Source: an uncultured Spirochaetaceae bacterium (GTDB lineage: Bacteria > Spirochaetota > Spirochaetia > SZUA-6 > Bin103). Taken from it: a DNA stretch of 34,360 bases. The notes under the pieces were generated by a model. That model saw only the letters and a list, made by a program, of their open reading frames with translations. It was not told where the DNA came from and ran no database searches. The DNA lies in contig CAZTZA010000005.1 in the NCBI GenBank assembly GCA_964618015.1, forward strand, positions 16,113 through 50,472, written 5' to 3'. Made by a program: the position numbers and the translations under genes. Below are positions 9,482-19,224 of this stretch, in pieces. The first letter of the stretch is position 1. Each line of letters starts with the position of its first letter.

Positions 9482-10777
9482 ATGCGAGATAGGCTGAAGA
9501 GACCACTATTACTCATAAGCCGAGTACTCATCGGGGTCGTTGTGCTGGCAGGTATAACAACATGTACGCGCGATTCAACTGCCGGCGCTGATCCTGATTT
9601 TCTGCAGGAGTCTATTGACGAACGCAAGGCCATCACCTCACTACAAATCCGCACTTTCGATGAGATCTTTACCCTACTGCGTAGCCACTACGTCTACGGA
9701 GACCTGTACGGCGTAGCATGGACTGAACTACGAGAACGCTACCGGCCGTTAGTGGTAAACCTTCTTTCGCGGGAGGATTTCCCAGACACGGTACGACAGA
9801 TGCTGGCGGAACTTCCCCCAAACGCCGCGAGCTGGACTACGCGCGATCAACGAATCCAACTAGAGCTCACCAACCCCTCAGCATACGAAGGGATCGGCGC
9901 CTACGTCGCCTACCGGGACGCTCCTACACCACGCATCATTTTGCTATCGGTAATGCCTGGATCGCCCGCAGCACAATCTGGACTGCGAGCCCATGAAGCA
10001 GTGATTGCCGTTAACGACGTCCCCGTTCGTCGTGAAGAAGGACCGGACGCGGTCTCGCGTATCCGAGGGCCAGCAAACGAACCAGTAATCCTAAAAGTAA
10101 GTTCGATCGAGCGCTCTACACGTAACGTCACTGTAATCCGGCGTCGAGTAGACCTTTCTGATGTACCAAACCCGCTTACTTACGGCCTCCTAGGGTCGGG
10201 TCGAGTTGGCTATCTATTATTTCCACGAGTACCGTCCGAAACCTTAGTATCCGACGCTGTGCGCAGCCTTGAAGCGTTTACCTCCTCTGGTGATGTGTCA
10301 GGTATTATCATAGATCTTCGTATTGCCAGCGGAGTACGTTGGCCGCTTGTACCGTTGCTATCATTATTCTCTGACGGTGACCATGGGCAGATCTATACTA
10401 CTGAAGGCTCTCAATTGATTACTGTCGAAGGATATGACCTCAAAGGTTCACAAAGGATACCTTTAGTTATACTGATTGGACGAGACACGGAAGGGCTTCC
10501 AGAAGTGATGGCCGCGGCCTTACAGGGACGCCAACGGGCCACGATAATTGGCCAGCAGACGATGGGTAACGTGGAAAGCTTTGTGGATTTCGTCCTCCCA
10601 GACGGTTCCCGATTGAGCGTAATGACCAGCGCATATCTCTCTCCTTCAGGTCAGGAAGTGGGAATTGACGGCGTACAGCCTGACTTACGAGTGTCTCTCG
10701 ACTGGGATCAAATTTCTGAAAGCAACGACCCTGTCCGCACAACTGCACTTTCCATGCTCCGAAGTGGTTCTGGATAA
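9482..10777 (+). CDS. S41 (CtpA/tricorn-like) peptidase homologue with PDZ domain; probable lipoprotein with catalytic residues substituted
   Basis: Signal ending GITT-C, tricorn-C1-like FDEIF..LRSHYVY..LYGVAW..LRERYRP, PDZ (GIG..SPAAQSGL..IRGP), IIDLR, LPDGS and GVQPD. Confidence 0.85.
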   Translation: MRDRLKRPLLLISRVLIGVVVLAGITTCTRDSTAGADPDFLQESIDERKAITSLQIRTFDEIFTLLRSHYVYGDLYGVAWTELRERYRPLVVNLLSREDFPDTVRQMLAELPPNAASWTTRDQRIQLELTNPSAYEGIGAYVAYRDAPTPRIILLSVMPGSPAAQSGLRAHEAVIAVNDVPVRREEGPDAVSRIRGPANEPVILKVSSIERSTRNVTVIRRRVDLSDVPNPLTYGLLGSGRVGYLLFPRVPSETLVSDAVRSLEAFTSSGDVSGIIIDLRIASGVRWPLVPLLSLFSDGDHGQIYTTEGSQLITVEGYDLKGSQRIPLVILIGRDTEGLPEVMAAALQGRQRATIIGQQTMGNVESFVDFVLPDGSRLSVMTSAYLSPSGQEVGIDGVQPDLRVSLDWDQISESNDPVRTTALSMLRSGSG

Positions 10778-10796
10778 CACGTTGATAGTACGATTG

Positions 10797-12083
10797 ATGA
10801 TCCTTACACACAGGCTGATACTTACCGCCACGATCGGGGCGGTACTATTGGTCCTGGGCTGCCGTCTCCCAGACACTAGTGAGCAAAGCACACTGATGGG
10901 GTCCTTGGAACGAAAATCAGGACGTATTGTCTACATGGGTATCGACGGTAATATCTGGGTATCTAACCAGGCTGGCGGTGCCAGACAGCAGATTACTACC
11001 GACGCTGGTGCATCAGAAAACGCCTCACGTGTTTATCAGACACCAATCTGGTCTCCAGACGGTTCACATGTCGCTTATGTAGGAATCGACACTTTTCAGG
11101 GACAACCCTCTGGCCGGGTGCTCACAACACGCGCAGACGGTACCGGAGCGCGCGCTATCTCCACCGGACCGCGTCTGCCAGCTAATCTCTACTGGTCGCC
11201 GGACAGCCGAAAGCTCAGCTTTCTTACGACAGCCGGCGACGGTGGAGGATTTCTTCTCCTGAATTGGCAGCCGGCGACCACAATACCAGTTCAGATCCTA
11301 GACGCAGGCAGGCCACTTTTTTGGGCTTGGTCTCCCGATAGCACTGGTGTGGCTGTGCACTCTGGATCAGTTCGGACTACCGGCCGGCGCATATCATTCC
11401 TTGAAGTAGGCGCAACGGTAATAGAGAGTGGACTCTCCCTACAGCCGGCTGAGTTCCAGACACCTGCATGGTCACCTGACGGCTCGGGTGTAGTTTTAGC
11501 TACCAACGCCGACAGTGGTCTTACAAATCTGATCATAGCCGACCGGGAACGACGCGACCGTCATGAAGTGATCGCCAGTGCTCGGGGCGCGGTAAACTTC
11601 CTATGGTCACCCGACGCCACCTCGATCGGCTACATCTCCCGCCAACAAGAATTAGAATCGGTAGTGAGCCGTCTACATCTTCGAGAAATTGCTAACGGAA
11701 GAGAGACGATCCTGGAAGAGGACAGTATATTCGCTTTCTTTTGGTCGCCGGACTCCCGCTTAGTCGCCTACTTCGTACCCTCGGTAGTGTCACAAAACGA
11801 GGGTACTGATCAGGCCGTCGTCTTAACCCTCCGTGTTTACGACCGAGAGCGAAACTCAACCGTGGACATTGAAACCTTCGTGCCAACTCCACAGTTTATA
11901 GCAGTAATACGCCGTTTTGCTCAGTACGTCCTAGCGGCACGACTTTGGTCTCCGGACAGCAAGAACCTGCTCTATGCGGCGCAAACCGAGCAAGGGCCGA
12001 CCATCTTGGTTGCCCGCGCAGCTGGTAACCTGATCCCGCGGAAAATGGTGGCTGGGTTAATAGGATTCTGGTCATGGCAATAA
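10797..12083 (+). CDS. TolB-like/PD40 beta-propeller lipoprotein (paralog 1)
   Basis: Lipobox LVLG-C after ATG 10797 and seven WSPD repeats. Confidence 0.82.
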   Translation: MILTHRLILTATIGAVLLVLGCRLPDTSEQSTLMGSLERKSGRIVYMGIDGNIWVSNQAGGARQQITTDAGASENASRVYQTPIWSPDGSHVAYVGIDTFQGQPSGRVLTTRADGTGARAISTGPRLPANLYWSPDSRKLSFLTTAGDGGGFLLLNWQPATTIPVQILDAGRPLFWAWSPDSTGVAVHSGSVRTTGRRISFLEVGATVIESGLSLQPAEFQTPAWSPDGSGVVLATNADSGLTNLIIADRERRDRHEVIASARGAVNFLWSPDATSIGYISRQQELESVVSRLHLREIANGRETILEEDSIFAFFWSPDSRLVAYFVPSVVSQNEGTDQAVVLTLRVYDRERNSTVDIETFVPTPQFIAVIRRFAQYVLAARLWSPDSKNLLYAAQTEQGPTILVARAAGNLIPRKMVAGLIGFWSWQ

Positions 12084-13429
12084 TTAACTCCCGCAGAAAA
12101 TCACGCAAGAAACTATTGACCCAAAGTCTTCAGGTAGCCTGTCTCCTTGGGGTAGGAATATCACTTTTGGCCTCCTGTTCAGTTCGCGGTGCACAGATGC
12201 AGCAAAACTCGCTATTGGAGCGGTTCGGGACGAAGTCAGGCCTAATTGCCTTCATTGGACTCGACGGTAACATCACAACGACCGATCAAACCGGTGGCCA
12301 AGTAACACAACTCACCGTTGATGCTGGCAGTCGCGACGGCGTCAGGCGCTGGTACACAGGTCCTACCTGGTCCGCTCGCGCACGACGACTAGCGTTTGTA
12401 AAATTTGATCAACTGTCTGATGGCACAATATATAGCTCAGTACTCACGACGGATCGAGGGTCGTTCAAGCCACGAGTAATCTGGGAGAGTAGTGAGCTCT
12501 CGCCCATTTACCTCTACTGGTCCCCGGATGGCAAATGGATAAGTCTACTTTCTCAGCGTGCTGGCTCTGAACTTCGCTTCGAGCTCGGGATAATCGATCC
12601 AGCAGGCAAGCTTAGCTATAAACCGATGGACACTGGGCTACCACTGTATTGGGCGTGGGATCCAGAAAACCGTTTCATGCTTGCTCATGTCGGCGGCGGC
12701 ACCAACTCAGGTGGACGACTGACACTTCTCAACATCAAAGGCGAAACTAAAAAACGAAATTTCAACGTACGGCCCACTCGTTTTCAATCACCGGCTGTCT
12801 CACCAGATGGTGAGCGTATGCTATACGTAGATAGCGGTTCAGGCTCAGCTCAGCTTGTCCTTCGTGACATTGAAGGGCCTGGGTTGGACGTTCTAAAGAC
12901 CGTTTCCGGTAGTGCGTTCTTCAGCTTCTCACGCGACGGACGCCGTGTGGCAATCATGGAGTCCTCCACGCCGCAACTCTCGGCAGACGGAACCCTTCGA
13001 GTATTCCAGTCCGATCGACTCCAGCGCTCCGTAGAGCTAGATGAACCGTCAGTAATCGCCTTCTTCTGGGCGCCTAATAGCCGCCAGATTGCATATCTTA
13101 TACCGATGTCGTCCGACCGCTTACAGGTAGAGCCGGCATTCACGTCTGATCCTGGACAGATATACATCCATTTACGGGTGATGGACGTACGCTCCGGGGA
13201 ATCTTGGGCTGTAGCCACCTACCCAATTACTAAGGCCTCGTTAAGCTACCTTCAGTACTTCGACCAGTACACGCGCTCAGGCAGTATCTGGTCACCAGAC
13301 GGCAACTGGCTAGTTTTCTCCGCAATAACCCGGGGTGGATTCCCAGGAATCTTCTTAGGCTCTGCCAGCGGCAACCTCAAGCCACGGTTCGTCACGCGCG
13401 GAGATTTGGGAGTATGGTCCAGCCGTTAG
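12074..13429 (+). CDS. TolB-like/PD40 beta-propeller lipoprotein (paralog 2)
   Basis: Lipobox LLAS-C, WSPDG-like repeats, colinear similarity to the upstream gene and a 10-bp overlap with it. Confidence 0.82.
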   Translation: MAIINSRRKSRKKLLTQSLQVACLLGVGISLLASCSVRGAQMQQNSLLERFGTKSGLIAFIGLDGNITTTDQTGGQVTQLTVDAGSRDGVRRWYTGPTWSARARRLAFVKFDQLSDGTIYSSVLTTDRGSFKPRVIWESSELSPIYLYWSPDGKWISLLSQRAGSELRFELGIIDPAGKLSYKPMDTGLPLYWAWDPENRFMLAHVGGGTNSGGRLTLLNIKGETKKRNFNVRPTRFQSPAVSPDGERMLYVDSGSGSAQLVLRDIEGPGLDVLKTVSGSAFFSFSRDGRRVAIMESSTPQLSADGTLRVFQSDRLQRSVELDEPSVIAFFWAPNSRQIAYLIPMSSDRLQVEPAFTSDPGQIYIHLRVMDVRSGESWAVATYPITKASLSYLQYFDQYTRSGSIWSPDGNWLVFSAITRGGFPGIFLGSASGNLKPRFVTRGDLGVWSSR

Positions 13430-13477
13430 AACGCCTAACAAAAAGTCACGCAATAACCTGTTGTTAGCTTGAAGTCC

Positions 13478-15361
13478 TTACCCAGGTTGGGACGCCTCGT
13501 CTCCAGCATGCCCTGCCGGAGAATCTTCAGATTTAGGCCTGTCTGGGTCACTGCCGTTTGAGCCGCTGGCGCCATTCGGCCCCAAAAGTGATAGCACCTC
13601 ATTGGTGCTCAGCTCGTTACGCTGCAACAGAGCATCAGTAAGTGCCATTAATTCTTCCCGGTGATCACGGAGAATCCGTTCAGTACGCTCCTCCAGCTCC
13701 ACCCAAATGCGGTCCACTTCTGGCGGTGGCCGTCCGGGCGCTGCGCTAAGGCCATCAACCTGATCTGCAATCCAGGCAGTTGGGGGACCAAAATATCCTA
13801 GGCTATATAGGTGTCGGAACCGGGCCCGTGCCTGTCGATAATCACCATAAGCACCGGTCCATTCTTCACCATAGACTATGCGAACAGCAGCATGTCCCCC
13901 TAGTGCTACCATAATATCAGCAGCTATTCTCCTAAGAGGATAGGAGTATTGCTCCACCTCATCCAATGGCAACATAAAACCTAGCGCCTGGCCACGCGCT
14001 AGGATAGTAAGGTGGCCTATTCTTTTTTCAGGAAGCACATAATGCACTACTACCGCATGGCCCGCCTCATGGACAGCGATCGAGCGACGCTGCTCCGGAT
14101 CCATCTCCTCTATCGGGTTCTCCATCCCAGCAATCTGATGAATCAGCGCTCGATCAATATCCCTCTGCGTGACCACATTACGATGCTCAAAAAGCGCAAT
14201 ACGTACCGTATCCTTGGTTAGTGCTGCCATCATCTGCGCTGGTGAAGCCCCAGGTGTATTAGAAACAATTGCGTCCACGTCAACCGAATCATCATGGCGT
14301 ATGGTCGAGAGATAACCTTCTACAATGGCGCGCCGACCAGACCTATCTGGCAATCCCACTTCGATCATTTGATCGAAGCGACCAGGCCTCGTCAGTGCGG
14401 GGTCTAGGACGTCCACCCTGTTAGTAGAGCCCATGAATAGTACATGCCAGTTACGTGCCGGCGGCTTCTTACCACGCAACTGATATAGTTTAGCGATCAG
14501 ACGCTCCTTCAAGGACCGCTGATCGACACCGTCTATCTCGTAGAGCAATCGAGTCAGAGCACCCGTTCCCCCTCCAGACATGCCGCCAGCCAGTCCGCTA
14601 CTAGCACCATTACCGCCCTGCACACCGCCACGCGACTGGCCGACTGCATCGATCTCATCGATGTAAGCAATGCATGCGCCGTACCGGCGGGCATATTTTC
14701 GAGCTTTGCGCACAAACCAGATCATCTTCAAGACGTCAACGCCCCAGAACATCGCTCGGAAACCTGATCCTTCAATCGATATAAAGGAGACCCCGGCTTC
14801 ACCCGCCATCGCCTTAGCTAACATGGTCTTTCCTGTCCCCGGTGGTCCATGCAGCAACAAACCATTGATATAACGACCACCCATCTGTACAAATTCTTGC
14901 CTATCAGCAAGAAGACCTAACCACTGACGCACAAGTGCTTTAAGGTTAGGCTGACCCCAGTAGTCATCGAAAGTAATCGACTTCGGATCTGTTGGCTTGA
15001 CGGTCTCCACTTTCGAGCGAGCCATGAACCAAAAAATGGCGACAAACTGAATGATGGCGTAGGCAATCGCGAACAAGAGTTGAGCCACAAACTGGAGAAT
15101 GGCAAGCACGGTATTCTGAAAGGTAGGGCTCGTAAGAAAGAAATAAACAAAGGCAATCATAGGCGCAATCGCGTAGAACTTGCGCAGTGCCATAAGTAAT
15201 TTGCGACCAGTGCTCTGTTGCGCCTTAATTACTTTGATGCGCTGCTTTACAAGGTCAGGAACGTTAACGCCTTGCCAAAACCCCCCTTCTCGTGACTGCC
15301 CTGTCCGATCCCTACCTGGTCCGTTAGTTTCCTGAGGTTTAACCTGTTCTTTATCGCTCAT
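13478..15361 (-). CDS. FtsH-like AAA+ ATPase / M41 zinc metalloprotease (atypical paralog)
   Basis: Two adjacent TM helices, Walker A GPPGTGKT, Walker [27 protein letters not shown] and HEAGH. Confidence 0.88.
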   Translation of the reverse strand: MSDKEQVKPQETNGPGRDRTGQSREGGFWQGVNVPDLVKQRIKVIKAQQSTGRKLLMALRKFYAIAPMIAFVYFFLTSPTFQNTVLAILQFVAQLLFAIAYAIIQFVAIFWFMARSKVETVKPTDPKSITFDDYWGQPNLKALVRQWLGLLADRQEFVQMGGRYINGLLLHGPPGTGKTMLAKAMAGEAGVSFISIEGSGFRAMFWGVDVLKMIWFVRKARKYARRYGACIAYIDEIDAVGQSRGGVQGGNGASSGLAGGMSGGGTGALTRLLYEIDGVDQRSLKERLIAKLYQLRGKKPPARNWHVLFMGSTNRVDVLDPALTRPGRFDQMIEVGLPDRSGRRAIVEGYLSTIRHDDSVDVDAIVSNTPGASPAQMMAALTKDTVRIALFEHRNVVTQRDIDRALIHQIAGMENPIEEMDPEQRRSIAVHEAGHAVVVHYVLPEKRIGHLTILARGQALGFMLPLDEVEQYSYPLRRIAADIMVALGGHAAVRIVYGEEWTGAYGDYRQARARFRHLYSLGYFGPPTAWIADQVDGLSAAPGRPPPEVDRIWVELEERTERILRDHREELMALTDALLQRNELSTNEVLSLLGPNGASGSNGSDPDRPKSEDSPAGHAGDEASQPG

Positions 15362-15468
15362 CTACCTCTTCCGCAATAGCCTATGATAGGCTCGCCGGCT
15401 GCTAGTGGCAATTCACTAAGACGGTCAGAGAACAAGGCGCTTAGTGTCTGCTCCCCTCACGCCGGCAT

Positions 15469-18213
15469 TTATTCGCGTTCTGGCAGACGTAAAGTGACCA
15501 ATTTTGATACCCCAGGCTCCTCCATAGTAACACCATAGAGATTCCCCGCTGAGGCAATCGTACGTTTGTTGTGGGTAACTATGAAGAATTGAGAGTCATG
15601 TGCAAATGCTTCCAACAATGAAACAAAACGACCGACGTTTTCGTCATCAAGAGCAGCGTCTAGTTCGTCCATTACACAGAATGGAGAAGGTTTTACGGAA
15701 TACATCGCAAATAGCAACGCCACAGCAGTCAACGAGCGTTCACCTCCGGAAAGTAGGCTTACGTTCTCCAGCTTACTCCCTGGCGGCTGCGCCAGTATCT
15801 CCACTCCCGACTCGAGCACATCCTTACCTCCCAGTTTAAGTTCAGCCCTGCCTCCTGCGAATAGACGACGAAAGATGTCGCGGAAAGAATCTCCTATAGC
15901 TTGAAAAGAAGCACTGAATAGCTCAGAGGATTCACGCTGGATCTCCTCTGTAACCCTTTCAAGATCAGCACGTGCTTGGCCTAGATCTTCCAGCTGACCG
16001 CTCAGAAATTGGTATCGCTCTGATACTTCCTCAAATTCTTCCGGTGCGAGTAGATTGACTTGACCTAGTCCACTAATACGCTCGCGCAATCTTTTGAGCC
16101 GTTCACGCAGCTCCCGAGGTGTTGCATCTATCCTTTCCAGCCGGTCCTCATGCTCTTCCAGACGCTGTGAATGAGTCTCAACAAACCTACGCCGTATTTC
16201 CCTATCTTCCGCTTCTACTTCGGCCAACTCGACACGAACCCGTTCCAGCGTTTCCTGTATCTGTCTCAGACGGCTAATACGCTCACCTGCAGCTTGCTCG
16301 ATTCGATCCAACTCACGACGATGACCGGCAATCTGGGCTGCCCAGCGTTCTAAACGAGCCCGTAGCTGATTATGTTCTCGGTCAAGAAATGCCTTCTCTC
16401 GCTCGCGATCAGAAGTACTAGAAGCAAGCGACCGGATCGCCTCCGCAGTCTGGTGCTCTTCGGTTGCTAAAGCGGCACGAAGCTGACGTTGTTCGTCAAG
16501 CTGACGCTGTGCCGTCACTCGTTGAGCACTCAGTGCCGCCGCCTTTTCTTGGGCTCGTGCCGTAGCTACCTGACTTACTTCGACCGCGTCGCGCAGCTCG
16601 TTCTGTTTCGTAGTACGGGTACGGTTACCCTTGCGTAGCTCCTCGGCCTCCTTGCGGAGTTCGGCGATAGCCCAGAAAGTATCGCCTAAGTCGCGGTCTA
16701 TTGCCCGCTTGTGAGTAACGATTCCTTCCGATGAGATGAGCTCGTCGAGCAGCGAACCAGTCTTCTCTCGGAAAAGCGTAAAATTGCCTACCAACTCTTG
16801 AATCCGCTTGGCCAGTTCAGCAAATTGACGAGAGAGAACCACATCGTCCATTGCTGGGGCACTAATCGCTAAAGCCGATATATCACTCTCCAACTCGCCC
16901 AAACCCTTCTCTACCTCATCACCGAGTGCTGCAGATGGGTTGGACTGCATACCTTGACCAAGTCGTTGATCGAGCTCTGTGACGATTTCATCGGTAACTT
17001 GCCGAAGCTGATCGCGCAGCCCATCTAGACGTTGTTCATGAGAGTTGGTCTGTTTGACCGCATCCGCGATCCGGCGTTCTGCGTCCGCAATCTCTGCCCC
17101 AACGCTAGCTGCGTCCTGTCGAGCTTTAGTCGCAATACGCTCAGCATCGGTGGCATCCCGTTCAGCGCCAGAAAACGCTTTGCTCGCCGACGCCACCTCA
17201 GCCTCCAGCGACTTAATCCGATTGGACAGCGCTTGATCACGACTCTGATACGCATGCATGCTTGCTTCCAGTTCATCGACCCGCTCTCTGCCCAGCCGAA
17301 TCTCACTGCCAGCGCCGCTCACCGCTGTCGCTATCTCGTACAAACGGTCTTGGGAGGTCGCTCGTTCAAGCTCTAGGTGCTCGATAGCCCTGCGGCTCTC
17401 CCCAGTTTTTGTCGCTGCGTCATCAATTTCACTCTGCACCGCCTCACGACGGTCAGATTCTCGAGAAAGACGCGTTGCAATCCTTGTTCGGCGGTCACGA
17501 AGAGCACGAAGGCGAAGCAGCTCAATATCAAGCTCCACTTCGAACGCCTGCGAACGCAGAGATCGGTACCTTTCAGCTGCCTGCGCCTGAACACGCAACG
17601 ATTCATAGCGCCGCTGAACTTCACGCCGGACGTTTCCTACCTGCAAAACGTTTTCGGCTGCTTGTCTTAATTCTCGCTCGGCCTCAGCCGCCCGAGTGCG
17701 ATACGACAGAATACCAGCCGCCTCCTCAAAGACCTCGCGACGTTCCTCTGGCTTCTCCGAGAGAATACGGTCTACCTTGCCTTGTTCCAGGGCTGCATAG
17801 CCGGAAGTAGCGAGGCCGGTCCCGGCCAAAATCTCACGCACATCGCGCAGCCGTGCCTGAGTTCCATTGACAAAATACTGACTTTCTCCAGAACGGTAGA
17901 GACGCCGCTTGATACCTACTTCCGCAGTAGCTATTGGCAGTCGCCCATCATCATTTGAGAAGACAAGAGTGACCTCCGAAATGCTCATTGACCGGCGACT
18001 GCCAGCACCATCGAAAATCACGTCCTCCATGCGCTCGGCTCGCAATGAGCGAGGGGCCTGTTCGCCAAGAGCCCAACGGATAGCATCTACGATATTACTC
18101 TTGCCACAGCCGTTTGGTCCGACGAGGGCCGACACACCCGGAGCAAACTCCAGGACGGTCCTGTCCGCAAAAGACTTAAATCCGAGGAGTTCGACCCGTT
18201 TGAGTAGCTGCAT
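15469..18213 (-). CDS. smc: Chromosome segregation protein SMC, short form (~914 aa)
   Basis: GFKSFA, Walker A GPNGCGKSN, Q-loop EQG, long coiled coils, LSGGE, MDELDAALD and VTH. Likely start is ATG 18213. Confidence 0.93.
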   Translation of the reverse strand: MQLLKRVELLGFKSFADRTVLEFAPGVSALVGPNGCGKSNIVDAIRWALGEQAPRSLRAERMEDVIFDGAGSRRSMSISEVTLVFSNDDGRLPIATAEVGIKRRLYRSGESQYFVNGTQARLRDVREILAGTGLATSGYAALEQGKVDRILSEKPEERREVFEEAAGILSYRTRAAEAERELRQAAENVLQVGNVRREVQRRYESLRVQAQAAERYRSLRSQAFEVELDIELLRLRALRDRRTRIATRLSRESDRREAVQSEIDDAATKTGESRRAIEHLELERATSQDRLYEIATAVSGAGSEIRLGRERVDELEASMHAYQSRDQALSNRIKSLEAEVASASKAFSGAERDATDAERIATKARQDAASVGAEIADAERRIADAVKQTNSHEQRLDGLRDQLRQVTDEIVTELDQRLGQGMQSNPSAALGDEVEKGLGELESDISALAISAPAMDDVVLSRQFAELAKRIQELVGNFTLFREKTGSLLDELISSEGIVTHKRAIDRDLGDTFWAIAELRKEAEELRKGNRTRTTKQNELRDAVEVSQVATARAQEKAAALSAQRVTAQRQLDEQRQLRAALATEEHQTAEAIRSLASSTSDREREKAFLDREHNQLRARLERWAAQIAGHRRELDRIEQAAGERISRLRQIQETLERVRVELAEVEAEDREIRRRFVETHSQRLEEHEDRLERIDATPRELRERLKRLRERISGLGQVNLLAPEEFEEVSERYQFLSGQLEDLGQARADLERVTEEIQRESSELFSASFQAIGDSFRDIFRRLFAGGRAELKLGGKDVLESGVEILAQPPGSKLENVSLLSGGERSLTAVALLFAMYSVKPSPFCVMDELDAALDDENVGRFVSLLEAFAHDSQFFIVTHNKRTIASAGNLYGVTMEEPGVSKLVTLRLPERE

Positions 18214-18290
18214 GCCCCTGGGTAACATCCCTCCCACAGTGTGGGACGACGCTAGCACCGTAATCGAAGACAGTCAAATAGGAGGGAACC

Positions 18291-18836
18291 GTGATCATCT
18301 GCGGAATAGATGAAGCTGGACGAGGACCGCTTGCAGGTCCCGTTACAGCAGCAGCAGTAATACTTCCTAAATGCTTCCCAATTAACCATCTTGACGATTC
18401 CAAGGCTCTTAGCCGAAGAGCACGAGAGGAACAGTCCCTTTTAGTCAGGCAGAATGCCCAAGAATGGTCTATCGGCTGGGCATGGCCCCTGGAAATCGAC
18501 CGAATCAACATTCATCACGCGACTCTACTTGCAATGTTGCGAGCTTATAAGGGTCTCCGCTGCATACCAGACTTAGTGCTCGTAGATGGACGTTTTACGA
18601 TAGCAATTGATCCGAAGTGCCGCGCTGAGATAGGTGGTGACTCCCGTATACCTGAGATCATGGCTGCATCAATTCTCGCCAAGACAACTCGCGACCGATG
18701 GATGGTGAGATATTCTCAGATTGATAACCGCTACGATTTTGATATCCACAAGGGATATCCCACGAAAAAGCACCGGTCACTACTACGGCGGCACGGCCCC
18801 TCACCGATCCACCGGCGCAGCTTTAAGCTTGGCTGA
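18291..18836 (+). CDS. rnhB: Ribonuclease HII
   Basis: GIDEAGRGPLAGPV, DSK, VDG, AASILAK, HKGYPT and HRRSF motifs. Confidence 0.97.
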   Translation: MIICGIDEAGRGPLAGPVTAAAVILPKCFPINHLDDSKALSRRAREEQSLLVRQNAQEWSIGWAWPLEIDRINIHHATLLAMLRAYKGLRCIPDLVLVDGRFTIAIDPKCRAEIGGDSRIPEIMAASILAKTTRDRWMVRYSQIDNRYDFDIHKGYPTKKHRSLLRRHGPSPIHRRSFKLG

Positions 18837-19085
18837 TCAGCCGCGTCGGGTCTGCTCCCTAGAGCGAATAAACCGAATCGCCTTGTCAAAGCTCGCAAGA
18901 AAGCCCGCCATGTCTTCTTCAAAAACAACGATCGAATGGCGCTCAAAATCAGACTCGGTGCCGCGCTTCTTGCTTTCAACTACATTCAGGAATACATCTC
19001 CCGACCTATTCTCTTTTACATTAAAGAAATAAGTTCTATTACCCACAGTCATGCGACTAGAGAACAATTCTCCTCGTTGGCCCAC
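18837..19085 (-). CDS. PUR-domain / DUF3276 nucleic-acid-binding protein (BpuR-like)
   Basis: GELFS....NRTYFFNVKENR.GD.FL.VVESK...FERHSIVVFEED matches the bacterial PUR family. Confidence 0.88.
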   Translation of the reverse strand: MGQRGELFSSRMTVGNRTYFFNVKENRSGDVFLNVVESKKRGTESDFERHSIVVFEEDMAGFLASFDKAIRFIRSREQTRRG

Positions 19086-19114
19086 GTGTTAATAATACCC
19101 CGAGATCGACGTTA

Positions 19115-19143
19115 TTGACAGCTACGTAGGGCAACCCTACCGT
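19115..19143 (+). promoter_or_regulatory. Putative sigma70 promoter of tRNA-Gly
   Basis: TTGACA-N17-TACCGT ending 9 bp before the tRNA 5' end. Confidence 0.65.
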
Positions 19144-19152
19144 GCTGATTAC

Positions 19153-19224
19153 GCGCCTGTCGTATAAGGGTTATTACCCAAGCCTTCCAAGCTTGAGATG
19201 ACGGTTCGATTCCGTTCAGGCGCT
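19153..19224 (+). tRNA. tRNA-Gly(TCC), CCA not encoded
   Basis: GCGCCTG/CAGGCGC acceptor stem, anticodon arm CAAGC-CTTCCAA-GCTTG, T-arm GACGG-TTCGATT-CCGTT. Confidence 0.95.

Noticed and set aside
18831-18842. 12-bp palindrome GGCTGATCAGCC at the rnhB/PUR junction
   Set aside because: Largely explained by two abutting convergent TGA stop codons.
19153-19224. tRNA-Gly as a UGA-decoding tRNA explaining the aroC stop (genetic code 25/4)
   Set aside because: The anticodon is TCC, not TCA. TGA terminates many conserved genes here at the expected length, and the aroC position is Arg.
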